Shown in pieces: positions 22,513 to 34,229 of a stretch of 64,000 nt of DNA. The notes beneath the pieces were generated by a model. That model was given only the letters and a program-made list of their open reading frames with translations, was not told where the DNA came from and ran no database searches. Each line of letters starts with the position of its first letter. The first letter of the stretch is position 1. This DNA comes from Amphiscolops sp. MND2022. Its lineage: Eukaryota. The translations under genes were made by a program, and so were the position numbers. The stretch covers positions 38,566,001 to 38,630,000 of the forward strand of contig OZ076409.1 of NCBI GenBank assembly GCA_964187785.1, written 5' to 3'.

Positions 22513-23328
22513 TTAATCATATAAAATGAAATTTATTTCCGTTGGTGTTAATTTCATTCTGTGTTTCATATCAACAAGGTCTTTAAAATTGTCTTTTTTC
22601 AATGTCTCCAGAATTGATTGTCTGGTAGAATATTCTAAATCAGACAGATAATATTCACCATCTGAAGTAGGTATTGTTTTTCCATACTTTTCCTTTAAAT
22701 AGGATTCACTAAAAGTTAGATAATTTGCAAAAGCTTGATTTTTATTGGGAAAGGAATCGAACAAACCTTTGTCATAAAGCAGTTGAATTATGTTGTTAGT
22801 TATAGTAATTTTATTTTGATCTAGGCTATTAAGAATATTATTTATTTCATCTTCATTTAAAATCATTCCAGCTTGACCCACCTGACTCATAAACTTTAAA
22901 TTACGGACTGTTAACATTTCAAAACTATTGTTGTGTATTAAATTTAGTACCTCATTTACTAAAGCAGTTCTTTGTTCGGCGAAAGATTTTTTCATACTTT
23001 GTTCTAATTTATTTATGGTTTTTGAAAGGTCTGAAAACTGGGAATAAATATCATTCATTACCTTTGTGTTTAATAAAACATCTTGAATTTCCTGTGGGTC
23101 TAGTGTTTGATGCGCCTTCGCGATAGCTTTCGCGTCTAGCATTTTTTCTTCTACTTGATTTTCTATGTCATTTTCAAAATCGCGTTGCAAATCTTCTTTC
23201 AATTTGGAATGTGTTATTTGGGCTAGTTTTTCTTGACTTTTTATCATATCTTTTAGCTCCTGATATTCCCTCAGTTTTAGCTGTTCACTAGAATAACCAA
23301 ACTTATGAAGAGACGGAGTTTCATACAT
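22513..23328 (-). CDS. Hypothetical helical protein
   Basis: 271-aa intact ORF with the same ATAAATG start context as the other Polinton genes. Confidence 0.7.
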   Translation of the reverse strand: MYETPSLHKFGYSSEQLKLREYQELKDMIKSQEKLAQITHSKLKEDLQRDFENDIENQVEEKMLDAKAIAKAHQTLDPQEIQDVLLNTKVMNDIYSQFSDLSKTINKLEQSMKKSFAEQRTALVNEVLNLIHNNSFEMLTVRNLKFMSQVGQAGMILNEDEINNILNSLDQNKITITNNIIQLLYDKGLFDSFPNKNQAFANYLTFSESYLKEKYGKTIPTSDGEYYLSDLEYSTRQSILETLKKDNFKDLVDMKHRMKLTPTEINFILYD

Positions 23329-23348
23329 TTATTAAGATGAAAAAGTTG

Positions 23349-23947
23349 AAAAATACAAAACCCATAGGCATGCCATTGGTATTGGCATACCTATGGTAAA
23401 CTCAAAGCCCATCGGGAGTCCGTTCCACTAAGAGTTTCCACAGCAGGGATTATCCTTTTTAAGAACTGTGCCATTGGTGATTATTCTCCCATAGCATGTA
23501 AGTTGTAACAAAGACTGGGGGACGTTGGATAGAAGTGAACCCCAAACACTCCGGCCGAAGCCTTAACTTTAGTCAATGCTATAACCACTAAGCTATGGGA
23601 GACGAATCAATGTTAGTTGGAGTTATATAAGAATAACGTATGCGCCGGTACATTAACGTTGGTTGTACATTAACGTTGGCTGTACATTAACGCTGGTTGT
23701 ACATTAACGTTGGTTGTACATTAACGTTGGTTGTGCATTAACGTTGGTTATACAGCAAAATTTTATTATTACACATTGAACGCTGGTTGCAACGTTGACA
23801 TTAAACTATAGAGGTTAGTGAATTTTGCTTCATGGCAAAACACTGTTTTTGATGATTTGTCTTCTAAAAAGTCCTCAAAATCCATGGTTTTGAGGACTTT
23901 TAATTTTTGGCGTTTTGTTGGCCAGTATCGGGATTTCCACTACCACT
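23349..23947 (-). repeat. Right terminal inverted repeat of the Polinton (599 bp)
   Basis: Reverse complement of 8799-9397. Confidence 0.95.
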
Positions 23948-26900
23948 TTTTAAGGACGTCGTCGGTCAAGGATCGCTCAACCAATACAGCTATCATTGCT
24001 TTTTTTTAACTTCGGACTAATCGTTCCCAGATTCCTCCAAAATGAGGGGCTCCAGGGGGGTTGATTTTCCACTTCATGTCTTTTTGAGCTAAAGACTTCT
24101 CAATGGCTGACTGATCCCATGCATTTATACAATCTCTCATTTCTTTTGCTGCACCCACGAAGTTTGTCCCATTGTTGCTCAAAATTTTAGCAGGTTTACC
24201 TGTTCGGGCAATAAACCGTGTAATAGCAGTTAGGCAGGTCTCTGCTTCCAAGGAAGGAACAACTTCAATATGTACTGCTCTAGTCGTCAAACATGTGAAG
24301 AGACAACACCATCTCTTCATAGTCTTACGCTTAATTTTCACTTCAAAGGGACCAAAATAGTCAACTCCAGTGTTAGTAAAGGGGAATACTCGTTCCTGCA
24401 ATCTCTCTCGTGGTAAATCAGCCATAATTGGTTGAGACACTCCAGCTCGTTGCTTTCTACATTTAACACATTTCGCTTTGACGTTCCTCAAAGCGTTTCG
24501 TAATCCAATAATCCAGTATTCTTGCCTCAGAACACTTCTGACGTATTCTGTGCTTTCATGAAAATTCGCTCGATGAGCATCTTCAATCAACTTGATGACT
24601 ACATAGTGCTTTGCTGACTACAAGATCGGATGTTTGACCTCATAACTTGATCTTGAATGCTGCAGTCGGCCATGTAGTCGCAGCAATCCATATTCGTCCA
24701 GAAACGGCGATAACTTATTCAACTGCTCTGAAGCCGACAACGGCTGCCCTTTGTAGATCTTCTCGTAGGCATCATGAAAACTTTCCTTCTGACAACGCTT
24801 CAGAGCTGCCAGTTTTGCCGCATTGAGTTCTTCAACTGTCAGAATTCCTTCGGATTTATTTTCCTCCATCTATGGCAGTATGACAGCACTCGAATTATTT
24901 TCTTGAAAGAACTAAATCTTTCCCATTCGAATGGTGGTTCCATTACACCAGCTTCCATGACTGGTTCAGGGTCTTCTCGAATGCTAAATTGCAACCTTCC
25001 AGGCGCCTTAGGCCTGGCGTCTTCTGTCTCGGTGAGCCCGCTGGCCCTGTGAGCCAATCACTTTCCTTTAGGGCTTCAACTGTCATTCCTCGAATTCCAT
25101 TGTCAGCAGGATTCAGTTTTCCTTCAACATGCCGCCATTGATCGATAGTTGAACTTTCGAGAATTTCAGCAACGCGGTTTGCCACAAAGACCGGTTGTTT
25201 GTTGTTACTTGCGTGGAGCCATTGTAGGACCGTCGTTGAATCTGTCCAATGTGCAATTTGGTCTACTTCATTATCATGTTCTTCCAAAATATGCTCTCGC
25301 AGTCTTACTCCAAAAACTGCTGCCTGCATCTCCAACTTAGCCACTGTCATGTTTCGTATTGGAGCTACTCTACATTTGCCAATCACAAAGGCCACTTCGC
25401 CATTTTATTACTTTCTCAAATAGGCAACCATACACATTGCTTCCAACGAAGCGTCTGAGAAGATATGTAGATCTACTTTGTTCACACCTGACTCAAAATA
25501 TGTTCTTTTGAGGGCCATTTTGTTCTCATGTATCATATCTGATGCCCATTTCTTGAATTCATGTCGGTTTTCTTCAGTCAGTTTTTTATCCCACGACTGT
25601 CCGTTCTCCTTCCATATTGTTTTCAGTAGCAGTCGCATTCTTATGGTGAAATGAGACACTATTCCCAAAGGGTCGAATACAGCTGAAACATGGGATAACA
25701 CCGCTCTCTGCGTTATCTTCACCGGCATCTCCTTCTGCATGCCTCTGCAGACTTCCAGATTATCTGCGTCATCGTTCCATTGCAGTCCCAAGTTGGCTCC
25801 GCTTCAAAGGTTTTACTAGAGGACGGTGACTTGTCTGCTTCGTCAGTAGACATCATAGTCTGTTCGCAGTTGGTAATCCATTCTGTCAAGTGAAAGCCTC
25901 CCCTTGCCAACATCGCTCTCAATAATTTGTAGATTTCAATGGCCTGCTCCGCGCTGGGAACAGACTTGACAAAGTCATCCATATAGAAGTTTCGCGTTAT
26001 CAGTTTAGTAATTTGTGGGGACTCGTGTGCGTTATCTTTGGCAACTTGTTGCAGAGCAAAATTAGCGCAAGTTGGCGAGCTTTTGGCTCCGAAGATATGT
26101 CTTACATACTAATACACCTTAATGGGTTCATTTGGATTGTCTCTCCATAGAAATCTCAACACTTTACAATCTTTTGGTGGTACTTTCACTTGTAGGAACA
26201 TCGCCTCAATGTCAGCAGTGATGGCGATCTTTTGTTCTCTAAACCTGAAGATTATTCCAATCAGATTCTGTAGTAGGTCCGGCCCTGTCAAGAGGTTATC
26301 GTTCAAGGAAATTCCACGGAATTTGGAGGCTGCGTTGCACACTCGCCTCACTTTTCCCGGTTGGTTTGGATTTTCTACTGGGTGATGTGGAACATACCAC
26401 TGTCTTTCCAATTTTGTAGCTTCTCATTCTTCCTGCTTTTTCAACATCTACTTTGATAGAGTCTTGATAGAAAATCTTCAACTCCGGTTTGTTTTCAAGT
26501 CTATACTCCAACGATTTCATTTGGCTCAATGCCGACGAATAATTGTTCGGCAAGAAGGGGTCATTTCTTTTCCAGAGGAGTCCAACTTCGTATCTTTCAC
26601 CATCAAACTTCGTGGTTTGTTCTAGCATCTGCAACGCTTTCTCGTCGTCCTTGGACCTTCCAGATAAATCGCAGCGGGATGCGTTGGACTCAATGTCCCA
26701 CCAAGTTTTATTCTGTTCTGCCAGCACATCATCTTCAGAAGCTGTTACGCAAGATGCAGTCATCTGCATAGCCTTTTGCTGTGGAAGTGGTCCACAGAGA
26801 GTCCATCCAAGTTTCGTTTTCACTGCCCAAGACTCATCATTCGTGCAGTTTTTATATTCTACAGGCCGATGTATATGGTAGCAGTTTTGTCCCAATATCA

Positions 26901-29795
26901 TTTTTACATCTTTGAGTTTCAATGTTTCTTCGCTTAGGACCGACAAATGGGGATAGGCAAGTTTGAGCTCCTGATAGTTGTAGATCTTTGTTCCGGCGTC
27001 TATGTTTGGATGAGTGTAAACTGTCATGTGGTGTGTGTCGCTCATTGCCTCGCCACGAATTCCCACAGTGAATCGTTCACATTTCACATTATTTGTCCCA
27101 TGTAGTCCAGCCACACTCAGGTCAATTTCTTCCCCGTGAGCATTTAACTTGTTGGCTAATTCCTTGTCTATGAACGATAGACTTGCTCCAGAGTCACACA
27201 ACGCCAAGGTTGATTCTTGCGTTTTTCCAATTTGGATGATGACAGGTATAACGGGTAGAATTCCACTGCTCTTTAATGAGCAAAATGCAGAGTTCGCCTC
27301 CGCTTTCTGTTGTGGGTCTTCCGTTCCGCTTCCTTTCTGCCGCTCATTTGTCTCGCGGTGTAGCAGTCGATGGTGCCGCCTGTTACAACCTTTGACTCCA
27401 CACGCTTTGTATGTGCAGTCTTTCACTACATGTTTCCCAGCCAAACAACAAAAGCAGAGTTTCAGCTCTTTGACTTCCTCGTATCGCGCTTGACACGTCA
27501 TCTTCAGAAACTTCTCGCAATTCCACAAAGGATGTTTACCATCTCTCAAAAGACAATCTTGACCAGTCTTCTTGTCGGAATTGTCGTCAGCGAAAGTTGA
27601 GAAAGTAGAGTTCTTTGGTTTGTCTTTACTTGTCCATTTCGATTTGTCGGCATTGGGATTGCCTGTCATGAGAAAATCTTCCTGCACCGCTGCTACCTCT
27701 TGCAACCATAAGCTAAACGCTTCCAGCCCCACGTAGTAACTAGCATTTTGTCTCGCGTGCGCCAACCATTTCGTCTTCATGTTCATTGGCAATTTTCTGG
27801 TCGCACTACTCAGGACGCCTTCTGACTGCAAGTCGCCAACATTGTTCATCTGCGTCAGAACTTGTACACAACTTGAAACTATTCTCGAGTATTTGACCAA
27901 TGCTACGGAGTCGTACGCTTTCACTGGCGGAAAGGTGTATATTCGTCTCAATTGTGCGTTAACTACCACTTGTGATCTTCCAAAGTGCGCGACCAAGGTA
28001 TTCCAAGCAATATCATACATGTCTCCAGTGTAGCCTAGTCCAGCTATCACTTCTTTCGCTTTCCCAGTGACCAGCGTTTTGAGATGATTCATCTTCAAGC
28101 TGGCGTCGATGTTTGCAGCGTGCACGGTCGAGAGGAACAACCCTGACCACTCAGGCCATTCCAGTGGGTCGCCTGAGAATTCTGCCAGCTTCAGCTTTGG
28201 CAAACTGGCAGGTAGGCTCACTGCTTCATTTCTTGTTGTCGCGAATTGACTCTGTATGGGGCAGAGTATTTAGCTGAGGGTACCACTGGTGGTGGCAATG
28301 TGCCACCTCTCATTTGGGTACTTAACATTGGTTGGTTTGGAGGTTCGAAGTTCCCAAACTGCACATGCTGTTGAAATGTCTTATTCATTTGCATCTTCGC
28401 TGATGCAGCGTTCGGCGCGAATTGACTGGCCGACGTGCCATCCTTTACCATGGTCGGCTGCGCTGTCTTAGCAGCCAGGTGGGACATTTGCGTTGTGTGT
28501 GGCAAAGGGTCAGGTTGTGGTTTGATAGGTTCGCTGGCCAGTGCGATTCTGGATACTTCTTCTCCAAACTCCGTTGTTTTTTCGTCACAACCATTTTCAT
28601 CAAGCCAAGAAGGTACCTTTTCGAACGGATCGCTGTGGATGGGTATTGGCGAGATGCTTCGCAAACTTGTGCTTGCTCTGCTTCCCTCCGCCCGAGCGAT
28701 TTCCATTTCCTTCTCTGCGATTCGTGTAGCCCTCGCCTTCTCCTCTTGGAGTTTAGCTATTTCTAGTTCTTCTGTGAGTTTATCCATTTCCTCGTGTTTC
28801 TTTCGGATTTCTGCTTGACGTTTCTTTGCAGCTAGTTGTTCATCGATTTCGTCTTGTTTCTTCATTGCTTCCAGTTCTAGGAGCATCACTCGTTTTGTAG
28901 TAGTTGACTTTGAACTAACTGATGTTCTGTTGCCCCTCGAATGTGTCTTACTTGCACATTGATATCTTTCCCCGGGTAACGAATTCACCTCATTGACACA
29001 ACGATTCACAAACGAATTGAGTCCAACGGTACCTTGTGTCTCTTCTTCATTCGCGTTCTTCTGAGGAGAAGTGTCGCGGGACTTTAGTTGTTGCTCTTGC
29101 CAATTCACCCTGGCACCGGCCATTATTCCCTCCATACGATGCAACTCACTGTAGATTGAAGTATCTCCACTGTGTTTCAACAACTATTCCATCTCGGCCA
29201 CAATTTCATCTCTCCTTTTGAGGGTTTCTTCGTTTGCTTCTACCAATGCTTTGTAATCCTCTGAGTTGCAAAGAGTATCTCGATTTTTATTGATTTCATC
29301 TTCGTTTTTTTGAAGCATTTCATCACATTTCTCTTTGGATGTTTGAAGTTGTAGGAACTCCTTCAACTGTCCTTCATTCTTTAGGCTCCGCATCATTGTG
29401 AGCATCTGACCAATGGTTTTATGTCGTGTTTCCGAGGAATTTAATTCATCCCGATATCCGACGAATCGGTCGGCTTTATTATCCGCCCCATCTGACTGAT
29501 ACTTGGCTTTCAAGAGTGCTGTGTTCGCCGCTACGAGTCTCTTCCATCTGAACAGTAGGTCTTGTCGGTTCGGTAGAAGGTCTGCGAGTTTCTCCTTCGT
29601 CACGTCTGCTTTGCGCAGCTCAGCATGTATTTCATCCATTTTTGTATCAAAGTTTTGAATTGCTTTCATGTTGCTCTCCCATTGTGGCTTGTCCATAGAA
29701 TTCTTCAAATGATTGCCAATTTTTTTGTAATTAATTTTGTTTGGATCAGCTATCTTTGAAGTAGCCCAAAACCCCAGAGTACACTGACTATCCAA
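23948..29795 (-). pseudogene. BEL/Pao gag-pol, broken by stops and frameshifts
   Basis: LPKLKLAEFSGDPLEW gag domain, triple Cys/His knuckles, ALCDSGAS protease, YVPHHPV and YMDDF RT, FSDAS RNase H, GVDYFGP...APHFGGIWE integrase. Confidence 0.9.
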
Positions 29796-30151
29796 AGGAG
29801 TTCAAATGTTCCACTGCGAATACAATTACCAACAACCGATGAAGTAGCCCAAAACCCCAGTGTACACTATATACCCAAGAGCTCCAGTAATACCACTTCG
29901 AATACAATATCCCAGAGCCTGCAGAAGTAGCCCAAGCCCCAGAGTACACTAAACACAGAGGAGAGCCAAGATGTGACAACGTTGCAGCACACACAGTTTT
30001 GTATAGATCTCCAACAGTGGTCGTTCGCTGTACACGTTCACTTGTTCGCACAGTGCTGTTCTGGCTGTGTAGCAATCAGATGATCATCCAGCTGTCCGCC
30101 CAATTGATTATGTGCGTCCCAAAAGTGATGATGTCCGCCCAATCGATGATG

Positions 30152-30168
30152 TCCGGGTCGGCGGACCA
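30152..30168 (-). promoter_or_regulatory. Primer-binding site TGGTCCGCCGACCCGGA (probably tRNA-Tyr type)
   Basis: TGG lies 2 nt after the LTR and resembles the complement of a tRNA-Tyr 3' end. The tRNA identity is an inference. Confidence 0.7.
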
Positions 30169-30170
30169 AA

Positions 30171-31013
30171 TGTAACGGCTGCTTGATCACTTCAATTGAC
30201 CAAGCTTTACGCCGCCCTGAATTCGGTGCTCGGCACTGCGGATCGTTGCCGACCACTGCTTGCTTCTTAGATTAAAAGGACTGTATCTTGACTTAGTAGG
30301 ATCCAATGATCCCGAATTGCACTTCTTCCTTGTCTCTTAACACGTCCAACTCTCCACAAGTTGAGAGTAACTAAGTCTTTGGGCGAAAAGTCGAAAAGAG
30401 GTTAAGAAATGAATTGAGAAGATGTGTGGTCCTAAGACCCAACTTGAATACAGCTTTCCAATCAATTTTTTGCCAAACTAGTTTAGGTATACATATCGTT
30501 TACAATTATTCGGTAAATATGAGTGAAATATGAAGTATAAATTAATGACATTTAAAGCATAAAATGAAGTTATTGTCTAAGTAAACAAAGAATGTGGTGG
30601 TTTTGGCATGTTGGTTAGGTGGGCTAGAAAGTATGTTTACACAATGTAAATGTCAATAATTTCAACAGAGTTACATTCTAATGTGGTCATAAGGGTAAAT
30701 AAGAAAGTTTACATTTTTGCTTCAATGACCTTGAACACTACACATGTGAGGGGTTAATGGGGTTATATTGGGTGGATGACCTTGAAACTTAGCCGGTGTG
30801 TTCGTGTTAGGTGCTTGCGTATGTGTACCAAGTTTCATGTCTCTAGGGTTATTAGTAGTCGAGAAAATCCCGACTGGGGGGGGGGGTTCGCCGATTTTGT
30901 GATGATCGACTTTTCTTCAAATTTTCATCTAAGTTTTTTAAAGTTTAAGTTTTGTTTCTCAACCAGCATGTTCTAAATCGAGTTTCTTCGCCTGCTGATG
31001 ACTGGCGCCAACA
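30171..31013 (-). repeat. 5' LTR of BEL/Pao element 1
   Basis: Direct repeat of 7444-8302, followed on the - strand by the PBS. Confidence 0.95.
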
Positions 31014-32662
31014 ACTATGGTTCTAATTAATTAATCAAAATCTACTTACTGTACAGCTGAGCAATTTTATAAATAGTTTGCCGGTTACAAAACGTACATA
31101 AGCATTACGGAATACTTTTGGAAATACCTTGGATCAAACAACAACTTCCGGTTCAACATTTCACGGGTCATCATCTTTACTTCCAGTTTATCTTCCGAAA
31201 TTCATAAACTGATCTAATTAGCGAAACAGAGACAATCTGCACAACGGAAAATCAATTCTTCTTTCGGACCCTAAAGGGAACATCGAAGATAAAGTTTAAC
31301 TCCGTAATCTCAGCGGAATTCATATAATCTGAAATGAAAAACATACAGAATATTGTATTGGATTGTTTCGCAACTTTGAAGTAGTTGTCAAAATTCACTT
31401 GAATAACAGTTAGGTAAGCTAAGAGAATATTACAACATTATGACAGCGTCACTCAGCGGAGCTAGTACCTGGTGTTTCTATTTTTACGGACCGATAGCGT
31501 CGCTCCCTCAGTTGGATATTTGTGCTCACTCCAATAAAAGTGATTTTCTTATGACGTCATTAGCTAAGAGAATGAGAATGAACGCCTATGCGCTCCGTAT
31601 TCTCTCCGCAGGCCGCTGTTCAGCTAAATCCAATCTTTCTACGTACGGAGACGTTACGAAGCAAATAGTAAAATTGTAACTGCAAAAAGCTTAGATCTGT
31701 TGAACAAGATTTCTACAAGTAACGATACAATAAGTTAATTTTAGGAATTAGATTTAGCGTGTCAAAACTGTTCTTACTGTGAGGAAGAATTGATTGTGAA
31801 CTAAATCTGTGAGCTATTTCAAGTTCTTAACTGGAGTTACGTCAACCTTACGTAGCAAACAATTTTTGTCCAAGAACAAAACCATTTTATTACTAAACCA
31901 TGATTTCTCCACCTTTTGCACTATACTCTTGGCGAATATAGCAAAATTAGCCTTATTTACATTTATACTGGATGATACGATTGTTATGTGAAGTTTTGTA
32001 TTCACCATAAATTGTTTCAGTTACGGACGTGTTGTGTCCGACTTTGTATCGATGTTTCAGTTAGTTTTTGCACTAAGTATTCAATTTGCAAAAATGCAGC
32101 TGCAAGGACTTCCAAATTTTAGATACTGTAACCTCGAGTTCATGTTCATGGCGTTGGCAATATGTGACTTTAGCATCACTTGTTCCTTCCATCAGTGTTG
32201 AGTTATTTCCACTCTTGCAATTCTTTGCTCCGTTTCGACCGCGTTGTCATTTTTGCGAGATATACTTTTGACTTGAGATTCAAACATTTCAACTTGGAAT
32301 TTGACTAGTTGATCACGACAGCGTGCCTCCGTCAAAAAAATTGAGGGGACCTTTTTTGCCGCCATTTCAAAACTAAACCAGAAATGTGCTAGCATGAACA
32401 ATAATGATTTCAACAACTGTCAAAGAATGCTGACGCAACTAGGAATTTCGAAACCTGATTTTATGACGCGGGACTGAAATGATTTGGGAAATTAAGGAAA
32501 TTTAGTGAACAAACACGATTTTTGTGATACCCAGGAATTTTAGGCGAAGAATGAATATTGATAGCGAGGTATATTTAGCTAAAGATAACATTAAAACCTG
32601 GAACACTGTGGTTCTGAGCCAGAAAACGTTCTTCCAAATACAACATCAACCCCAATAATAAC

Positions 32663-34199
32663 AACAAGACGCGAACGTCTAAAGCCGGCGCTATATCTAA
32701 GGCTCAAAAATCGCAAAACATTTTTTGGAAAAAGTTTTGTAATTTTTGAAAAAAAAATATCTTTCAAAAAAAGACGAATAGTGCCAAAAAATGTAGACGG
32801 GGGATCCTTTGGGATTTATTACCATACATTCAGTTGCAAAATATGAAAAAACTTGAAGGGGGGAACCTTTTGATCATTAAAATTTTTTTCGATTTTTTAG
32901 GCACGTCCAGTTTTGTAGGTTTCCTTGAAAAAGTGAAAAAATGAAAGGAAGGACCTCTTGGACTAAGTCTCCCCTGGCCGGACTTAGCCTCAGGTGCTCA
33001 GGTGGTTTCAGGAGTTTCTAAAAAGTGGACCGATCAGTGTGAGGATTGTAGTATGAAGAAAACAAGACGAGAACGTCTAAAGTCGGCGCCATATCTAAGG
33101 CTCAAAAAGCGTAAAACACTTTTTTTGGAAAAAATTGAAAGTTCTGAAAAAATTTTTTCTTTCAAAAGAAGTCGCATAGTGCCGAAAAATGTAAAAGGGG
33201 GGACCCTTCTGGATTTATTAACAAACATTCCGTTGCAAAATATCAAAAAACTCAAAGGGGGGACCCTTTGGGGACATTGAAAAATTTTTGAAAAAAAAGT
33301 CGCACAGTGCCGAAAAAAATCCAAAGGGGGGACCCTTGAGGCACGTCCGGTTTTGTAGGTTACGTTAAAAAAGTAAAAAATGAAAGGGGGGACCCTTTGG
33401 AGACAAAAAAATTCGGAAAAAACGTCGCACAGTGCCGAAAAAAATCCAAAGGGGGGACCCTTTGGGCTCGTCCGGTTTTGTATGTTTCCTTGAAAAAGTA
33501 AAAAATGAAAGGGGGGACCCTTTGGAGTGAAGTTTGCCTTGGGCGGACTTGGCCTCAGGTGCTCTGCTCAGGATTGTAAAAAGTGGACCGATCAGTGTGA
33601 GGATTGTAGTCTGAAGAAAAAAAAGAAAAAAAAGGTCACTGCAATAGTCGGGCTTTTTTCCTTAAAAGGAAAACGCGCCGACTAAAAACAAGACGGGATC
33701 GTCCCAAGTCGGCGCCATATCTTAGGCTCAAAAATTTCCAAGGAACAACTATTAGAAATATTTGGAAAAAAATATTTTTTTCCATAAAAAAGTATTTGTT
33801 AAAAAAGTCGCAAAATGCCGAAAAACCTAGAAAGAGGTCATTTAGGTTCATTCAAAAATTTCTACAAACCGAAAACTTCAAAAATATGCAAGGGGGTACC
33901 CTTTGATAAATTTCGAAAATTTTCGAAAAAAGTCGCAGAAAGCCGAAAAAACCCAAAGGGGTGACCCTTTGGTCTCACCTGTACTTTTGGAAAAATTGGT
34001 ATTAAAAAATTTATGGTTTAGTGCGAGAATCGAGCCAACGTTCTCTGGCTTGGTCGAAGAAGAACAAATATGAAAGATGAACAAATTGTAAGAAAAATGG
34101 ACCACTCAGAGTGAGATTGTCAACTGAAAAAAAAACAAAAAAACTACTCACTGTAAGAGTCGTGCTTTTTTCCTTAAGGGAAAAAGCGCCGACTGAAAA
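32663..34199. mobile_element. Three abutting Helentron-associated (HINE/DINE-like) non-autonomous repeats
   Basis: Units start aacaagac...ag(t/c)cggcgc at 32663, 33061 and 33687. The last two end in a hairpin plus gcgccgact (subterminal inverted repeat). Internal aaaggggggaccctt tandem repeats. Confidence 0.55.
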
Positions 34200-34229
34200 G
34201 GACTTCATCTAAAACTATTCCGGTGAATA

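Larger units (their letters stand above)
8799..23947. mobile_element. Complete Polinton/Maverick (adintovirus-like endogenous virus), 15.1 kb
   Basis: AGTAGTAGT...ACTACCACT termini, 599-bp TIRs, 6-bp TSD TTATAA/TTTTAA (one mismatch), and pPolB, integrase, ATPase, protease, MCP and penton genes. Confidence 0.97.
7444..31013 (-). mobile_element. BEL/Pao LTR retrotransposon (element 1), degraded, interrupted by a Polinton
   Basis: TG...CA LTRs at 7444-8302 and 30171-31013, 5-bp TSD ACTAT (7439-7443, 31014-31018), PBS, and gag-PR-RT-RH-IN fragments with Pao motifs. Confidence 0.95.

Noticed and set aside
29758..29950. Three ~28-bp repeats (gaagtagcccaaaaccccagagtacact) spaced ~82 bp apart, CRISPR-like in appearance
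   Set aside because: The spacers resemble each other, so it is a diverged tandem repeat in a retrotransposon leader. Eukaryotic context and no cas genes.
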